In this document: piece by piece, positions 19,959-28,610 of the stretch
How the letters are laid out: each line of letters begins with the position of its first letter
Numbering within the stretch: position 1 is the stretch's first letter
Virus record (IMG/VR): IMGVR_UViG_2737471993_000002
DNA length: 64,000 nucleotides
Source of the DNA: a virus
Taxonomy: Duplodnaviria > Heunggongvirae > Uroviricota > Caudoviricetes
Reading direction: 5' to 3' (one strand)
Notes under the pieces: model-generated
Seen by the model: the letters and a program-made list of their open reading frames with translations, nothing else
Database searches by the model: none
Told to the model about the DNA's origin: nothing
Translations under genes and position numbers: made by a program

Positions 19959-20741
19959 ATGAAAGAAGAAATTAAGAGATTAGCCTGCAACATCATTGAT
20001 AAAACTGGTTTAGAAATCAGCGAGAGCAATCGGCTAGACATCATTGAAAAAGCCGTCAATACGGCAATGGATCATATCGCCACTCGTTTGGTCGAGATCC
20101 CTCTACCGGGGCTACCTTATCTGAAGGTTAAGTTGTGCGTATGGGGCGAACCTGCACATGCACGACGTTCTGCATTAGTTGTTTTTGTACGCAAAGAAAA
20201 CTTACGAACTCTAAAAGTGCAGGTTGGGGCGTGGTTTGATGGCAGAGTCATCTATACAGATACCATTATCTGTCCTCCAGGTGACGAACATATTGAAGCC
20301 GTTATTCGAGAATCAATTCGAGCTATGCGTAGTTTAGCTTTGCTGGAAGACAAGCAAAACTTTGAAGATTACTTGCTGTCGGTAAAAGCTGAACCAACAT
20401 TGTCTCTGAAAGCCGATTTCGTCACCCCGACAAATCTGTTGGAGGTTTTGATTAATAAAGGGGCTAATGATGCTGTAAACCTAATCAGGGAGAGCGAATA
20501 TTCGACTCTTTGGGACATGTGCAAAAGCCAGTTGGATCTTGTGCATATCATTGTTGATGCGGGTAAGGCGTGTGATGGCGTAATGGCGGAATTTGCTGGG
20601 AAGATGGTCAGGATTGCTAACGAATTACCGATGATAGAGCAAGAGGCCAAATCATACGCCACCAATCATGTCACAGAGCTTCTTGCCCCCTATCGCTTAG
20701 AAAGCGATCAGCGCAAGATGATTAGCTGGGGAAGTTGGTAA
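19959..20741 (+). CDS. Hypothetical protein
   Basis: 260-aa ORF, no recognisable motif. Confidence 0.5.
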   Translation: MKEEIKRLACNIIDKTGLEISESNRLDIIEKAVNTAMDHIATRLVEIPLPGLPYLKVKLCVWGEPAHARRSALVVFVRKENLRTLKVQVGAWFDGRVIYTDTIICPPGDEHIEAVIRESIRAMRSLALLEDKQNFEDYLLSVKAEPTLSLKADFVTPTNLLEVLINKGANDAVNLIRESEYSTLWDMCKSQLDLVHIIVDAGKACDGVMAEFAGKMVRIANELPMIEQEAKSYATNHVTELLAPYRLESDQRKMISWGSW

Positions 20742-20808
20742 GCTCTCTGTGTGTCGTTTTTTACGCAAATAATGATAGGTAAGCACAAGATTATTTCTGG
20801 CGGTAATT

Positions 20809-21279
20809 GTGAAAGCTGATTTGTCAAAAGTCCCTTCTATTTCAGGAAATAACGGTTATTCACTTCGTTGTGAGGAAGTAAAGATAAACGGTGAGTCGGC
20901 ATATTGCAGCTACTCCGTTTGCCAGCACACCATTCTTGCCTTCAAAGAAAACCGTCTTCCTCGAACGTCTTTCCAGTCGTGCGCAACCGCTATTAAAGCA
21001 GGCAAATGCAAGGCGTTAAAAATGATGGTTGAAGAGATTCGTAAAGGAGAATCTCTGTATTTCGAAGATATGACCGCACTCATTAAGGAGGTTGAAGAAC
21101 GGAATAAACAAGCCAGAACTATAAAACGAAAACGTGACAGTGTAACGATTAATAGCATGGTTAAGAAGAGCGCCACATCACAAACAGCGATCACTGACGT
21201 GTATGCGGCGTTGATTGAAGAAACAACAAAAGAAACACATGAGCAAATCGATCAACATATGGAGGCAAAACAACAATGA
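20809..21279 (+). CDS. Hypothetical Cys-containing protein (start uncertain)
   Basis: 156-aa ORF ending in overlap with ligase start; track start is probably a non-ATG codon. Confidence 0.4.
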   Translation: MKADLSKVPSISGNNGYSLRCEEVKINGESAYCSYSVCQHTILAFKENRLPRTSFQSCATAIKAGKCKALKMMVEEIRKGESLYFEDMTALIKEVEERNKQARTIKRKRDSVTINSMVKKSATSQTAITDVYAALIEETTKETHEQIDQHMEAKQQ

Positions 21280-22598
21280 AAAAGTTGATCGCACTTAAGC
21301 ATAAGCTGGACGAAATGAAAGCTATGGGAACCAATGCAAAAAAAGAGGCATTGGCCAACATGGATGACTTTGAACAAAGCATGGTTTCATTGATGCTCAA
21401 CCCTTTCATCCGTTTTGGGGTAAAGAAATACAAAGTGGCAGAGCCGCTTAGTGAGTCCGTCCCAAGTGACGAAAAAGCCATTGATGTACTGAATAAGCTG
21501 GCCTCTCGCGAGCTGACGGGGAACGCAGCAATAGCTGCTGTTGAGTCTATCGTGGCGTCAATGTGCGCCGATGGGCAGGACGTGTTCCGTCGTTTCCTCT
21601 TAAAAGACCCGAAAGCGGGTGTTGGGATTAGCCTATGCAACAAGGTTTTTGAAAATCCCATTCCGAAATTCGAGGTGCAGCTGGCGTCACCGTATAAAGA
21701 AAAAGGCGACAAATACCCCTTCAAGCCAAACCCTAAAGCAAAATGGCCGATGATTGGCAGTCTTAAGCTCGATGGTTTGCGAGTAATTTGCGAGGTTATT
21801 GTTGACGAGGAAGAGGTTAACTTCCTTTCTCGTACTGGTAATCCAATCACGTCTCTCGATCACCTAAAGCCAGCAATGCTCGAATTAGGCAAACTTTCAG
21901 GCCACAAACACATCTTCTTCGATGGTGAAGGAACAGCCGGTTCATTTAACCAGTCCGTATCTGCATTGCGCAAAAAGAACGTGCAGGCAATTGGCGCTAT
22001 TTATCATGTTTTCGACTTCTTCCTACCGGAATGGCGAGCACAGGCTAAATCCAAAGAGTATGCAAAGACATGTATGAAGCTGAAAGAGCGCCTGGCTATG
22101 CTCGTGGCGTTGTTCAAAAACGATCGCAGTGAAGGCTACGCACAAGACATTCACCTGCATCCGTTCTACATCATCCATAGCCACGAAGACTTCATCGAAC
22201 GCTTCATGAAACGCCTGGACGATAACGAAGAAGGGGAGATGGGCAAAGATCCGAACTCTGTTTACGAGTTTAAACGTACCCGCAGCTGGTGGAAGTTAAA
22301 AGACGAAGATTCAGAAGATGGTGAAATTATCGATTTTGAGCCGGGCGACCCGGACTCTGGTTTTGCCAACACGCTTGGAAAAATTGTTATTCGTCTTGAA
22401 AACGGCGTCATCGTTCGTGCGAGCGGCATTAAGCATAAATATCTGGACGAGATCTGGAACAACAAAGAGAAGTACCGTGGTCGTATTGTCGAGGTTCATT
22501 GTCACGAGAAAACACCGGACGGCAGCTTACGCCACCCACGACTGAAATGGCCGCGTTGCTTACGCGATACAGAAGATCGAATCGGAGATAAAGAATGA
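21276..22598 (+). CDS. ATP-dependent DNA ligase
   Basis: Adenylation motif I KLDGLR (K-x-DG), 440 aa, nucleotidyltransferase-type layout. Confidence 0.8.
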   Translation: MKKLIALKHKLDEMKAMGTNAKKEALANMDDFEQSMVSLMLNPFIRFGVKKYKVAEPLSESVPSDEKAIDVLNKLASRELTGNAAIAAVESIVASMCADGQDVFRRFLLKDPKAGVGISLCNKVFENPIPKFEVQLASPYKEKGDKYPFKPNPKAKWPMIGSLKLDGLRVICEVIVDEEEVNFLSRTGNPITSLDHLKPAMLELGKLSGHKHIFFDGEGTAGSFNQSVSALRKKNVQAIGAIYHVFDFFLPEWRAQAKSKEYAKTCMKLKERLAMLVALFKNDRSEGYAQDIHLHPFYIIHSHEDFIERFMKRLDDNEEGEMGKDPNSVYEFKRTRSWWKLKDEDSEDGEIIDFEPGDPDSGFANTLGKIVIRLENGVIVRASGIKHKYLDEIWNNKEKYRGRIVEVHCHEKTPDGSLRHPRLKWPRCLRDTEDRIGDKE

Positions 22599-22774
22599 TG
22601 CTCGGCTGGATGATTGCATTTTTAGCGGTTGGTTTTTTAATCGGTATTGTGGTGATGTCCAGTTGCATCAATGACTACATTAAAAGCGGTGTTATAGAAC
22701 GACGCGGTCGTATTTATCGCATTGTAGAAATAACCCACACAGTGAAGGAGATTAAGGATGATCGTATTAAGTAA
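22595..22774 (+). CDS. Small membrane peptide (59 aa), paralog 1
   Basis: Not in ORF track (below 60 aa). ATG overlaps ligase stop (ATGA). N-terminal TM helix then RRGRIYRIVE motif shared with the two following small proteins. Confidence 0.4.
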   Translation: MMLGWMIAFLAVGFLIGIVVMSSCINDYIKSGVIERRGRIYRIVEITHTVKEIKDDRIK

Positions 22775-22973
22775 GCGGGAGAAGGAAACGCTTCATGAAA
22801 TCAGTAAGTGGTCAGAGTTCCCTGAGTACTGGAAGCCTAAAACGCGGGCTAAGTTAGAGCGGTTAGGGTTGGTTGCAAACGTTTCTGAAACGAAGTGTTC
22901 GGCCAACTACCAGTTAACTGATAAAGGGAAAGTATTGCTACAGCAATTAGTAGAATCAGGAGTGTTAAAATGA
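22758..22973 (+). CDS. Small protein, possible winged-helix DNA-binding
   Basis: 71 aa; YQLTDKGKVLLQQL resembles wHTH recognition regions; embedded between the small membrane peptides. Confidence 0.4.
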   Translation: MIVLSKREKETLHEISKWSEFPEYWKPKTRAKLERLGLVANVSETKCSANYQLTDKGKVLLQQLVESGVLK

Positions 22974-23122
22974 TTCCATACATCTCATTAGCTTTTATGA
23001 GTGGCTTCCTTATCGGCTTCGGCATCTGTCGTGATTTAATTAAGCAGGAACTTAAAACCAAAACACTGTGCATCGGAAAGCGTGTGTATCGGGTAGTTCA
23101 TGAAACAAAGGTTAGAAAATGA
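22970..23122 (+). CDS. Small membrane peptide (50 aa), paralog 2
   Basis: Not in ORF track. ATGA overlaps on both ends; N-terminal TM helix (FMSGFLIGFGI) and GKRVYRVVHE motif. Confidence 0.4.
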   Translation: MIPYISLAFMSGFLIGFGICRDLIKQELKTKTLCIGKRVYRVVHETKVRK

Positions 23123-23409
23123 GCAATTTAACTTCTTGGGACTGGTGGTTGGCCACCTATTGCTTAGCGGCCGGAGTCGCATTCGCCTTTTACGTAGGTC
23201 AGTTAGTCGTAAAACTGTTGCTGATTAAATTTGCTAGTCATAAACGTATCGATGATGGTCTGTGGCGTCTTGGCACCCTGGTGGAAACTCGCTACGGGCA
23301 ACTTAAGGAGAACGAAACCATTACTATCCAAGCGAAACGATTCACTGCCACCATCACAAGAACACCTAGTCGTAGAGTGGCCTTGATCAAAAAAGTCACA
23401 ACCGAATAA
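23119..23409 (+). CDS. Small membrane protein (96 aa), paralog 3
   Basis: N-terminal TM helix and LWRLGTLVETRYG motif related to the two preceding peptides. Confidence 0.5.
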   Translation: MSNLTSWDWWLATYCLAAGVAFAFYVGQLVVKLLLIKFASHKRIDDGLWRLGTLVETRYGQLKENETITIQAKRFTATITRTPSRRVALIKKVTTE

Positions 23410-23420
23410 AAACACAATAA

Positions 23421-23439
23421 TAAGTATTTACTTACTTAT
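23421..23439. promoter_or_regulatory. Palindromic operator-like motif (TAAGTATTTACTTACTTAT)
   Basis: Same half-sites as the recurring motif family; lies just after the stop at 23409. Confidence 0.35.
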
Positions 23440-24187
23440 CTTTTATGTATAAGATGACTTTGTTTTCGTTGAGACGCGACTGTTTGAACTTAAATACAAG
23501 TGCAAACGAAGAAGTCTATCTGGCAGTAGCCTAATAAGCCAAACACCAGCGAGGTCAGTTTCCAGCCTCGTTACCGAAATGGGACACACTGAGCGAGTGT
23601 GATTGCAGAACGCAGGAGGGAACATGAGTGTTCCCTCCGATGAAGTAACAGAATGGGCGGTCGGTATATTTTCAACTCCATATGACTCCCGGATTCTTAG
23701 CCTCTGACCGCCCATCCTGTTACGTCATTTTGTTCAATTATGTCGTTTATACTGGGTTAAAAAGCGGCGACGTAGCCCGGCTGGTATGGTTAGCCAGCAC
23801 ACAACGTTGAGGCCATTACATTTTTATCAATTCTAAGGTTCTATTCACAGAGATACCGGCGAGCGTTGATATGTAACATGTTGGGCAAACATTCAATCGG
23901 AGTAGTGGCCTCAACGTTGTGAAGACAGGATTGTTGTGTAGGTTTAACCACTGTTGCCATTGGTGCCTGTTTTCACAACAAATGATTCCATACATCACAT
24001 TGTATAAATTACAAAGTAGGTGCTGTCCTCAGAAACATCATCTACTTAAAGATTTTGCCTTCTACTATTGAGCGAAGTCGAAAGCGTCTGGCACTAACGA
24101 AAAGTGCAAGTAGCGGTGCGTTTCCTGGCAGAAACTAAACCGTCGCGATTGGCACTGTTGAGTAATAAATACTGGCAGTGCCGAATT

Positions 24188-24262
24188 GATGGTGTAGCTC
24201 AGCGGTAGAGCAGTTGGCTGTTAACCAACTGGTCGGTGGTTCGAATCCACCCACCATCGCCA
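24188..24262 (+). tRNA. tRNA-Asn (anticodon GTT)
   Basis: Acceptor stem GATGGTG/CACCATC, anticodon loop CTGTTAA, T-arm GGTGG-TTCGAAT-CCACC, discriminator G and encoded CCA. Confidence 0.8.
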
Positions 24263-24267
24263 ATTTA

Positions 24268-24354
24268 GGGGAGTTAGTCCGTAGAGGTAGCGGTGTAGAC
24301 TGTAAATCTACTGTCATTGCGACTCGGGTGGTTCGACTCCATCACTCCCCACCA
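24268..24354 (+). tRNA. tRNA-Tyr (anticodon GTA), long variable arm
   Basis: Acceptor GGGGAGT/ACTCCCC, anticodon loop CTGTAAA, long variable arm, T-loop GGTTCGACTCC, encoded CCA. Confidence 0.75.
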
Positions 24355-24358
24355 AATT

Positions 24359-24434
24359 GCCGGTTTAGCTCAGTTGGTAGAGCGCCTGCCTTGTAAGCAG
24401 GATGTCAGCGGTTCGAGTCCGTTAACCGGCACCA
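24359..24434 (+). tRNA. tRNA-Thr (anticodon TGT)
   Basis: Acceptor GCCGGTT/AACCGGC, D-arm GCTCAGTTGGTAGAGC, anticodon loop CTTGTAA, T-loop GGTTCGAGTCC, encoded CCA. Confidence 0.8.
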
Positions 24435-24658
24435 ATACAACGATAAGATCATTACGGTTAATCGTCGTTCATGTGCACAATGACTGGTCGAAAGGTAGTG
24501 ATCTTACCGTTGTGGTGGATTCGCAGACTGATGCGATAGCTTTCTTGGATGTTAGGGAAATGCGGCCGCAAATCTTCCCTTTCGCGAGCGGTGATCGTCC
24601 GTAGTCCTAATTGGCTGCACCGTATGCCGGAGATTCAGTACCGGCCACCACAATGGCC

Positions 24659-24745
24659 GGAGAGTAGGGAGCATGGTGCTCAAGCGGTCTTGAAAACCGT
24701 CCCATTGCGCAAGCGATGATGGTTCGATTCCATTACTCTCCGCCA
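24659..24745 (+). tRNA. tRNA-Ser (anticodon TGA), long variable arm
   Basis: Acceptor GGAGAGT/ACTCTCC, anticodon loop CTTGAAA, long variable arm, T-loop GGTTCGATTCC, discriminator G plus CCA; D-arm is atypical. Confidence 0.6.
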
Positions 24746-24747
24746 GA

Positions 24748-24825
24748 CACAGCGTTGAGCGGTTTGGCCTTTTAATCAACCAGATTAAGACTCCGCTAAC
24801 ATAAACCAGACCGCTCAACGCTGTG
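24748..24825. repeat. Long inverted repeat immediately 3' of tRNA-Ser
   Basis: 20-bp arms CACAGCGTTGAGCGGTTTGG / CCAGACCGCTCAACGCTGTG around a ~38-nt loop; arm sequence is related to the inverted repeat at 23798-23921. Confidence 0.6.
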
Positions 24826-24900
24826 ATAGACAATTACGGCAGACGTACTTAACCATAGCTTGCTAACATCCTAGCAACACTTTTTTTCAGCGCAAAATTC

Positions 24901-24924
24901 AAAGGGGCTTCGGCCCCTTTTTTG
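24901..24924. terminator. Bidirectional rho-independent terminator
   Basis: GGGGC-TTCG-GCCCC hairpin flanked by A-run upstream and T-run downstream; between tRNA cluster and convergent minus-strand gene. Confidence 0.75.
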
Positions 24925-24940
24925 AAAGCAATGGGCAAGT

Positions 24941-26275
24941 TCATGCCAAATTATCCAGATTTCTTTTCTTTTTTTCAATTATATTTCTCGCGCCAGAAAA
25001 AATTTTACTCAAAATAATTGGTTTGCTTGCTCTATTATTAAGATGTAACAACGCGCTATAAAATACATAGTTATCTATTTTACTATTTAAGGTATTCCCA
25101 AGCTTCCCGTTATATGTGCTATTAATAGTATTAAAATATACATGTTCAGGACCTATATTACAAATACCCCTATCAACTCGCTTTAAATAATGTTTAACTA
25201 AAGAAATAGCATCTTCCTTATCATTAATAACATAAAGTCCTGAGCGTTTACCTAGCTTGCTGTCCGAGAATAATTTATAACCAATAAGTTCATTTAACGT
25301 ATTATCCACTTTTGTCAACTCTTTGTTGGCAATCTCCAGATAATACTCAATCTCTTTCTCCATATTACTTATTAAAGAGTTAAATTCTGCTCGTAACAAA
25401 TCACCACCAGGTGATTTATAACTCCATAAAATTGAATTGGTAATACGTACTACGTCAGATATTTCTGGTTTCTCTGAATAGTTTTTGTATCTAGTGCAAA
25501 TAATGCTGTGCTTTATATATTCTCTAACTAATGATCGATAATCCCTTTCGAAAAGGTTTTTGACATCTAGTCTTCCATTGCTTGTTGTTATTAGGGTGGT
25601 GTTTAAAACTGGGTCGCCTTCAAAAAAATTATATTTATTTAGTAATCGTTTTAGCTTGTGTGAATTATGTGATGTTTCGCCATAATAATTTATCCCAAAA
25701 ATAGCAATTATTAGCATAACATCAGGAGTGATGAAATGTCGTAATTGCTCGGCATAAACTTTTTTCTCTTCGATTTTCGAAGATGGAGAGTAAAAACCTT
25801 TGTCTATATATTCTAATATTGAAACAATATTACTAACATAACGTATAAAAACTTGATTCATTACAACGGAATCATAAACCTGATGCAAATAATCTACTCT
25901 CAAGTTGTTTTTTATTTTTTCCCCTGTACTAGATGATAACTCTTCTTTTACCTGCCCAAGTAGCTTTTCGTGGTGCTCCAGCAATGTTTTAAACCATTGT
26001 TCAAATGATGATTTTCTTGCCTCAGTTAATGAATCTGATGTTATCTGGACAGCTTTCATAGCTGCTTTCGCACTTTTCTTTGCTTCATAAGCGTTCCATG
26101 CTGTAGCACAAAAAGCTGCCGCCGTGATGCAACTGGTAAAAATAGAAATCCTATCTGCAACATTCAAGCTCCAGAACCAATCAGACGATGAAATCAAAAC
26201 CACAGATATTACGGGAACAATGAAAATCAAAACAGGCATGTATGTACTCGCTCTAATAGTTATTAGTCGAGGCAA
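24941..26275 (-). CDS. AT-rich membrane-anchored protein of unknown function (candidate accessory/defence gene)
   Basis: 444 aa (alternative start at Met13); two N-terminal TM helices then large soluble domain; AT content far above the flanks; next to tRNA cluster and recombinase. Confidence 0.5.
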   Translation of the reverse strand: MPRLITIRASTYMPVLIFIVPVISVVLISSSDWFWSLNVADRISIFTSCITAAAFCATAWNAYEAKKSAKAAMKAVQITSDSLTEARKSSFEQWFKTLLEHHEKLLGQVKEELSSSTGEKIKNNLRVDYLHQVYDSVVMNQVFIRYVSNIVSILEYIDKGFYSPSSKIEEKKVYAEQLRHFITPDVMLIIAIFGINYYGETSHNSHKLKRLLNKYNFFEGDPVLNTTLITTSNGRLDVKNLFERDYRSLVREYIKHSIICTRYKNYSEKPEISDVVRITNSILWSYKSPGGDLLRAEFNSLISNMEKEIEYYLEIANKELTKVDNTLNELIGYKLFSDSKLGKRSGLYVINDKEDAISLVKHYLKRVDRGICNIGPEHVYFNTINSTYNGKLGNTLNSKIDNYVFYSALLHLNNRASKPIILSKIFSGARNIIEKKKRNLDNLA

Positions 26276-26332
26276 ATATTATATAAATCTCGTTATGATT
26301 TACAGACATGTATACGTATTGCTAATTATCAC

Positions 26333-26370
26333 CAACAAATGATAGGTGTGTACATATCTATCATTTGTTG
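26333..26370. promoter_or_regulatory. Perfect 13-bp inverted repeat (operator-like) upstream of glutaredoxin gene
   Basis: CAACAAATGATAG-n12-CTATCATTTGTTG; half-site shares TGATAG/CTATCA with the motif at 38448. Confidence 0.5.
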
Positions 26371-26417
26371 TAAAATTAATGTATACGCTATGAATACACT
26401 AATAATATGAGGTAATC

Positions 26418-26663
26418 ATGACTATCGTTATCTACGGACGAGATAACTGCTCATACTGCAAACGTGCGGTCGAGCTGGCGAAGCAACTAAAGGGACATGG
26501 CTACGGTGATTATGAGTACATCGACATCACTACTGCCGGTATCGATAAGGAAAAACTTAGCGAAATTGTTGGTAAACCTGTAGAGACTATCCCCCAGGTA
26601 TTGATCGATGGCCAACCGATTGGCGGATACACAGAACTGGCTGCATACGTCAGCACCCTCTGA
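26418..26663 (+). CDS. Glutaredoxin (NrdC/NrdH-like redoxin)
   Basis: 81 aa with CSYC active-site motif near N-terminus and glutaredoxin-like fold signature (TIPQVLIDGQPIGGY). Confidence 0.8.
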   Translation: MTIVIYGRDNCSYCKRAVELAKQLKGHGYGDYEYIDITTAGIDKEKLSEIVGKPVETIPQVLIDGQPIGGYTELAAYVSTL

Positions 26664-26667
26664 TTTT

Positions 26668-26692
26668 AACGGCTCACAGGAGCCGTTTTTTA
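26668..26692 (+). terminator. Rho-independent terminator
   Basis: AACGGCTC-ACAG-GAGCCGTT hairpin followed by TTTTT directly after the glutaredoxin stop. Confidence 0.7.
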
Positions 26693-26874
26693 TTCCCACC
26701 AAACTCACTCCTGTTTCCCTTAAAATTCAAAAAACAACAGCTAAATGATTCCATACCTACTATGTATGGAATCATTGCTGAAAATGAGTTACTTTTACTC
26801 TTGATCCTATAAGAATCTATGCCTAATATACTGTTTACTTATACAGTGAATCGGCGTAACTCGGTGATTGTCAT

Positions 26875-27978
26875 ATGAAAAATAGCTTTGACAGAGCACG
26901 CGCTGCGGAGAACACCTCAAAAGAGGCGATTGAGTATCTCGAAAGAGCATCTCAAATGCAGGCCGTTATGATCTCGCAGGTTAGCAATGATATGAGATTC
27001 TCGGACGCATTCATGTTATTCACTCGCTTATCTCTGCTGATAACCAGACGTCGGCCAGAGATCGCTGTTCATTGTATTTTGATACATGTTTTGCCGCACA
27101 TTGCTGATGTAAAAGTAAGTGACATTAATAGGTTCATGGTGAACCAACTGGTCAACCCTCTAATATTGGATGGCAAAATTGTTATGGGCCGCCGCGTTTT
27201 CTCTCTGATGAAGCAGTTCCTTAGCTGGTGCGCCTTCCAGGGGATGATAGACGTGTCACCGCTAAACGATATGTCACTAAACAAAGTTGCCGGTGGCGCA
27301 AAGCCCACACCTCGCGAGCGGAAGCTGACCGACGCAGAGGTATGGGTGTTCTGGAATATATGGGACTACTTCAATGTGTGTGCTGGTACAAAATGGGCGG
27401 CCAGGCTATGTCTTGTATCCGCAAGACGACCTGACGAAGTACTGCGGGCTAAAAAAAGTGAGTTCAATCTTAAGCGTGGGGTTTGGAATCAAGGCAAGAG
27501 GAACAAATCTGCCCGTGAGCATTCTCTGCCTTTAAGCTCATTAATGCGCACTTGTATTGAAGAGTTGTTCGAATATGGTAAAGACAGCCAGTGGCTCGTG
27601 CCTTCGAATAAAAAAATCGGGAAAGACCTTCCTATGTCTAAAGTGGCAATAGCCCAGGCATTACGTCGTATTCTGGAACGACCAGAACTGATGGAGCTTG
27701 AGCCATTTACACCCCGAGATTTGCGCCGTACTGCGCGTAGTTACTTCCCAGCATTAGGCATAAGCCAGGAGGTATCACGTAAAATCATGAACCACAGTCT
27801 TGAGGGGATAGATCGGGTCTACGACCGGCACGATTATATGGACGAGATGCGAGACGCCTTAGAAAGTTTCTCGACGTACATCGCATCAATCGTAGAGCAA
27901 CCGGATTTAGACGAAATTGACCACAAATTTAAGGGAGATCGTCTATCAACAGAGCTTATTCGTGTAAATTTTTCATAG
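26875..27978 (+). CDS. Tyrosine recombinase / integrase
   Basis: Conserved boxes ARRPDEVLRA (R..E), RDLRRTARSYF (box II R), MNHSLEGIDRVYDRHDY (H...Y catalytic region); 367 aa. Confidence 0.7.
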   Translation: MKNSFDRARAAENTSKEAIEYLERASQMQAVMISQVSNDMRFSDAFMLFTRLSLLITRRRPEIAVHCILIHVLPHIADVKVSDINRFMVNQLVNPLILDGKIVMGRRVFSLMKQFLSWCAFQGMIDVSPLNDMSLNKVAGGAKPTPRERKLTDAEVWVFWNIWDYFNVCAGTKWAARLCLVSARRPDEVLRAKKSEFNLKRGVWNQGKRNKSAREHSLPLSSLMRTCIEELFEYGKDSQWLVPSNKKIGKDLPMSKVAIAQALRRILERPELMELEPFTPRDLRRTARSYFPALGISQEVSRKIMNHSLEGIDRVYDRHDYMDEMRDALESFSTYIASIVEQPDLDEIDHKFKGDRLSTELIRVNFS

Positions 27979-28359
27979 AGACTTTATGGCCTCAACAACC
28001 TTTTGTGATGCGCCTTTCTCTTTACCGAATCGCTCGTTATATGCAGCAAGAACCTGTTTTTCGTCCTCGTTAAGAGGAGCAGTGCCTTCTTTGTATAAAA
28101 ATGCTGCGAGTTCGGGTTGGCGTTCTTCCAGCACCATCATCATAAGACGACTTGGCTCAATGCCCAGTGCCAGCGCCAGCGGACGAACCTTATCGATAGG
28201 CAAAGGAATTTTGCCGCTTTTAATTAAAGAAAGGTTGTTGGCGTTTTTATACCCAATTGTTTTGGCTATCTGGGCCTGGCTCATAGGTGAGGATTCAATC
28301 AACCCTGCGATAAAAGCAGCGTAGCGACTTTCTATAAATTCAATCTTGTTATCAGACAT
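27973..28359 (-). CDS. HTH transcriptional regulator (Cro/CI-XRE type)
   Basis: MSQAQIAKTIGYKNANNLSLIKSGK helix-turn-helix; convergent with recombinase; divergent AT-rich promoter region at 28360-28610. Confidence 0.6.
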   Translation of the reverse strand: MSDNKIEFIESRYAAFIAGLIESSPMSQAQIAKTIGYKNANNLSLIKSGKIPLPIDKVRPLALALGIEPSRLMMMVLEERQPELAAFLYKEGTAPLNEDEKQVLAAYNERFGKEKGASQKVVEAIKSL

Positions 28360-28610
28360 GGTTACAACCTTTGCGCGTTCAATTCTCTCTGGTAAGTGCT
28401 TACCGATATTACATCAAAGGTTAGGGTTGTAAAGCTATTATCATTTTTTTCGATAGGCACTTAAAAGACCGGTTAAAGGCCATTGCACGGAGAAAAATTA
28501 GCCCAAAACAGGTAAGAAAATCAACTTGCATATGATATGAATGTATTCAGTATTGATACAAATTTTAGTAGTATTCCTTACCATAGTATAAGTTAGAATG
28601 GATTGATTGA

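Noticed and set aside
23443-23715. Minus-strand 90-aa ORF in the structured region upstream of the tRNAs
   Set aside because: No ribosome-binding site; the frame coincides with three strong hairpins; more consistent with a structured noncoding region.
24214-24604. Track ORFs 24135-24317(-), 24214-24396(+), 24317-24604(+) and 24552-24833(-)
   Set aside because: They overlap the four tRNA genes and the inverted repeat; tRNA structure explains the region.
26124-26342. Plus-strand 72-aa ORF overlapping the 5' end of the AT-rich membrane-protein gene
   Set aside because: It overlaps the start of the longer minus-strand gene and its promoter; its AT-rich composition makes chance ORFs likely.
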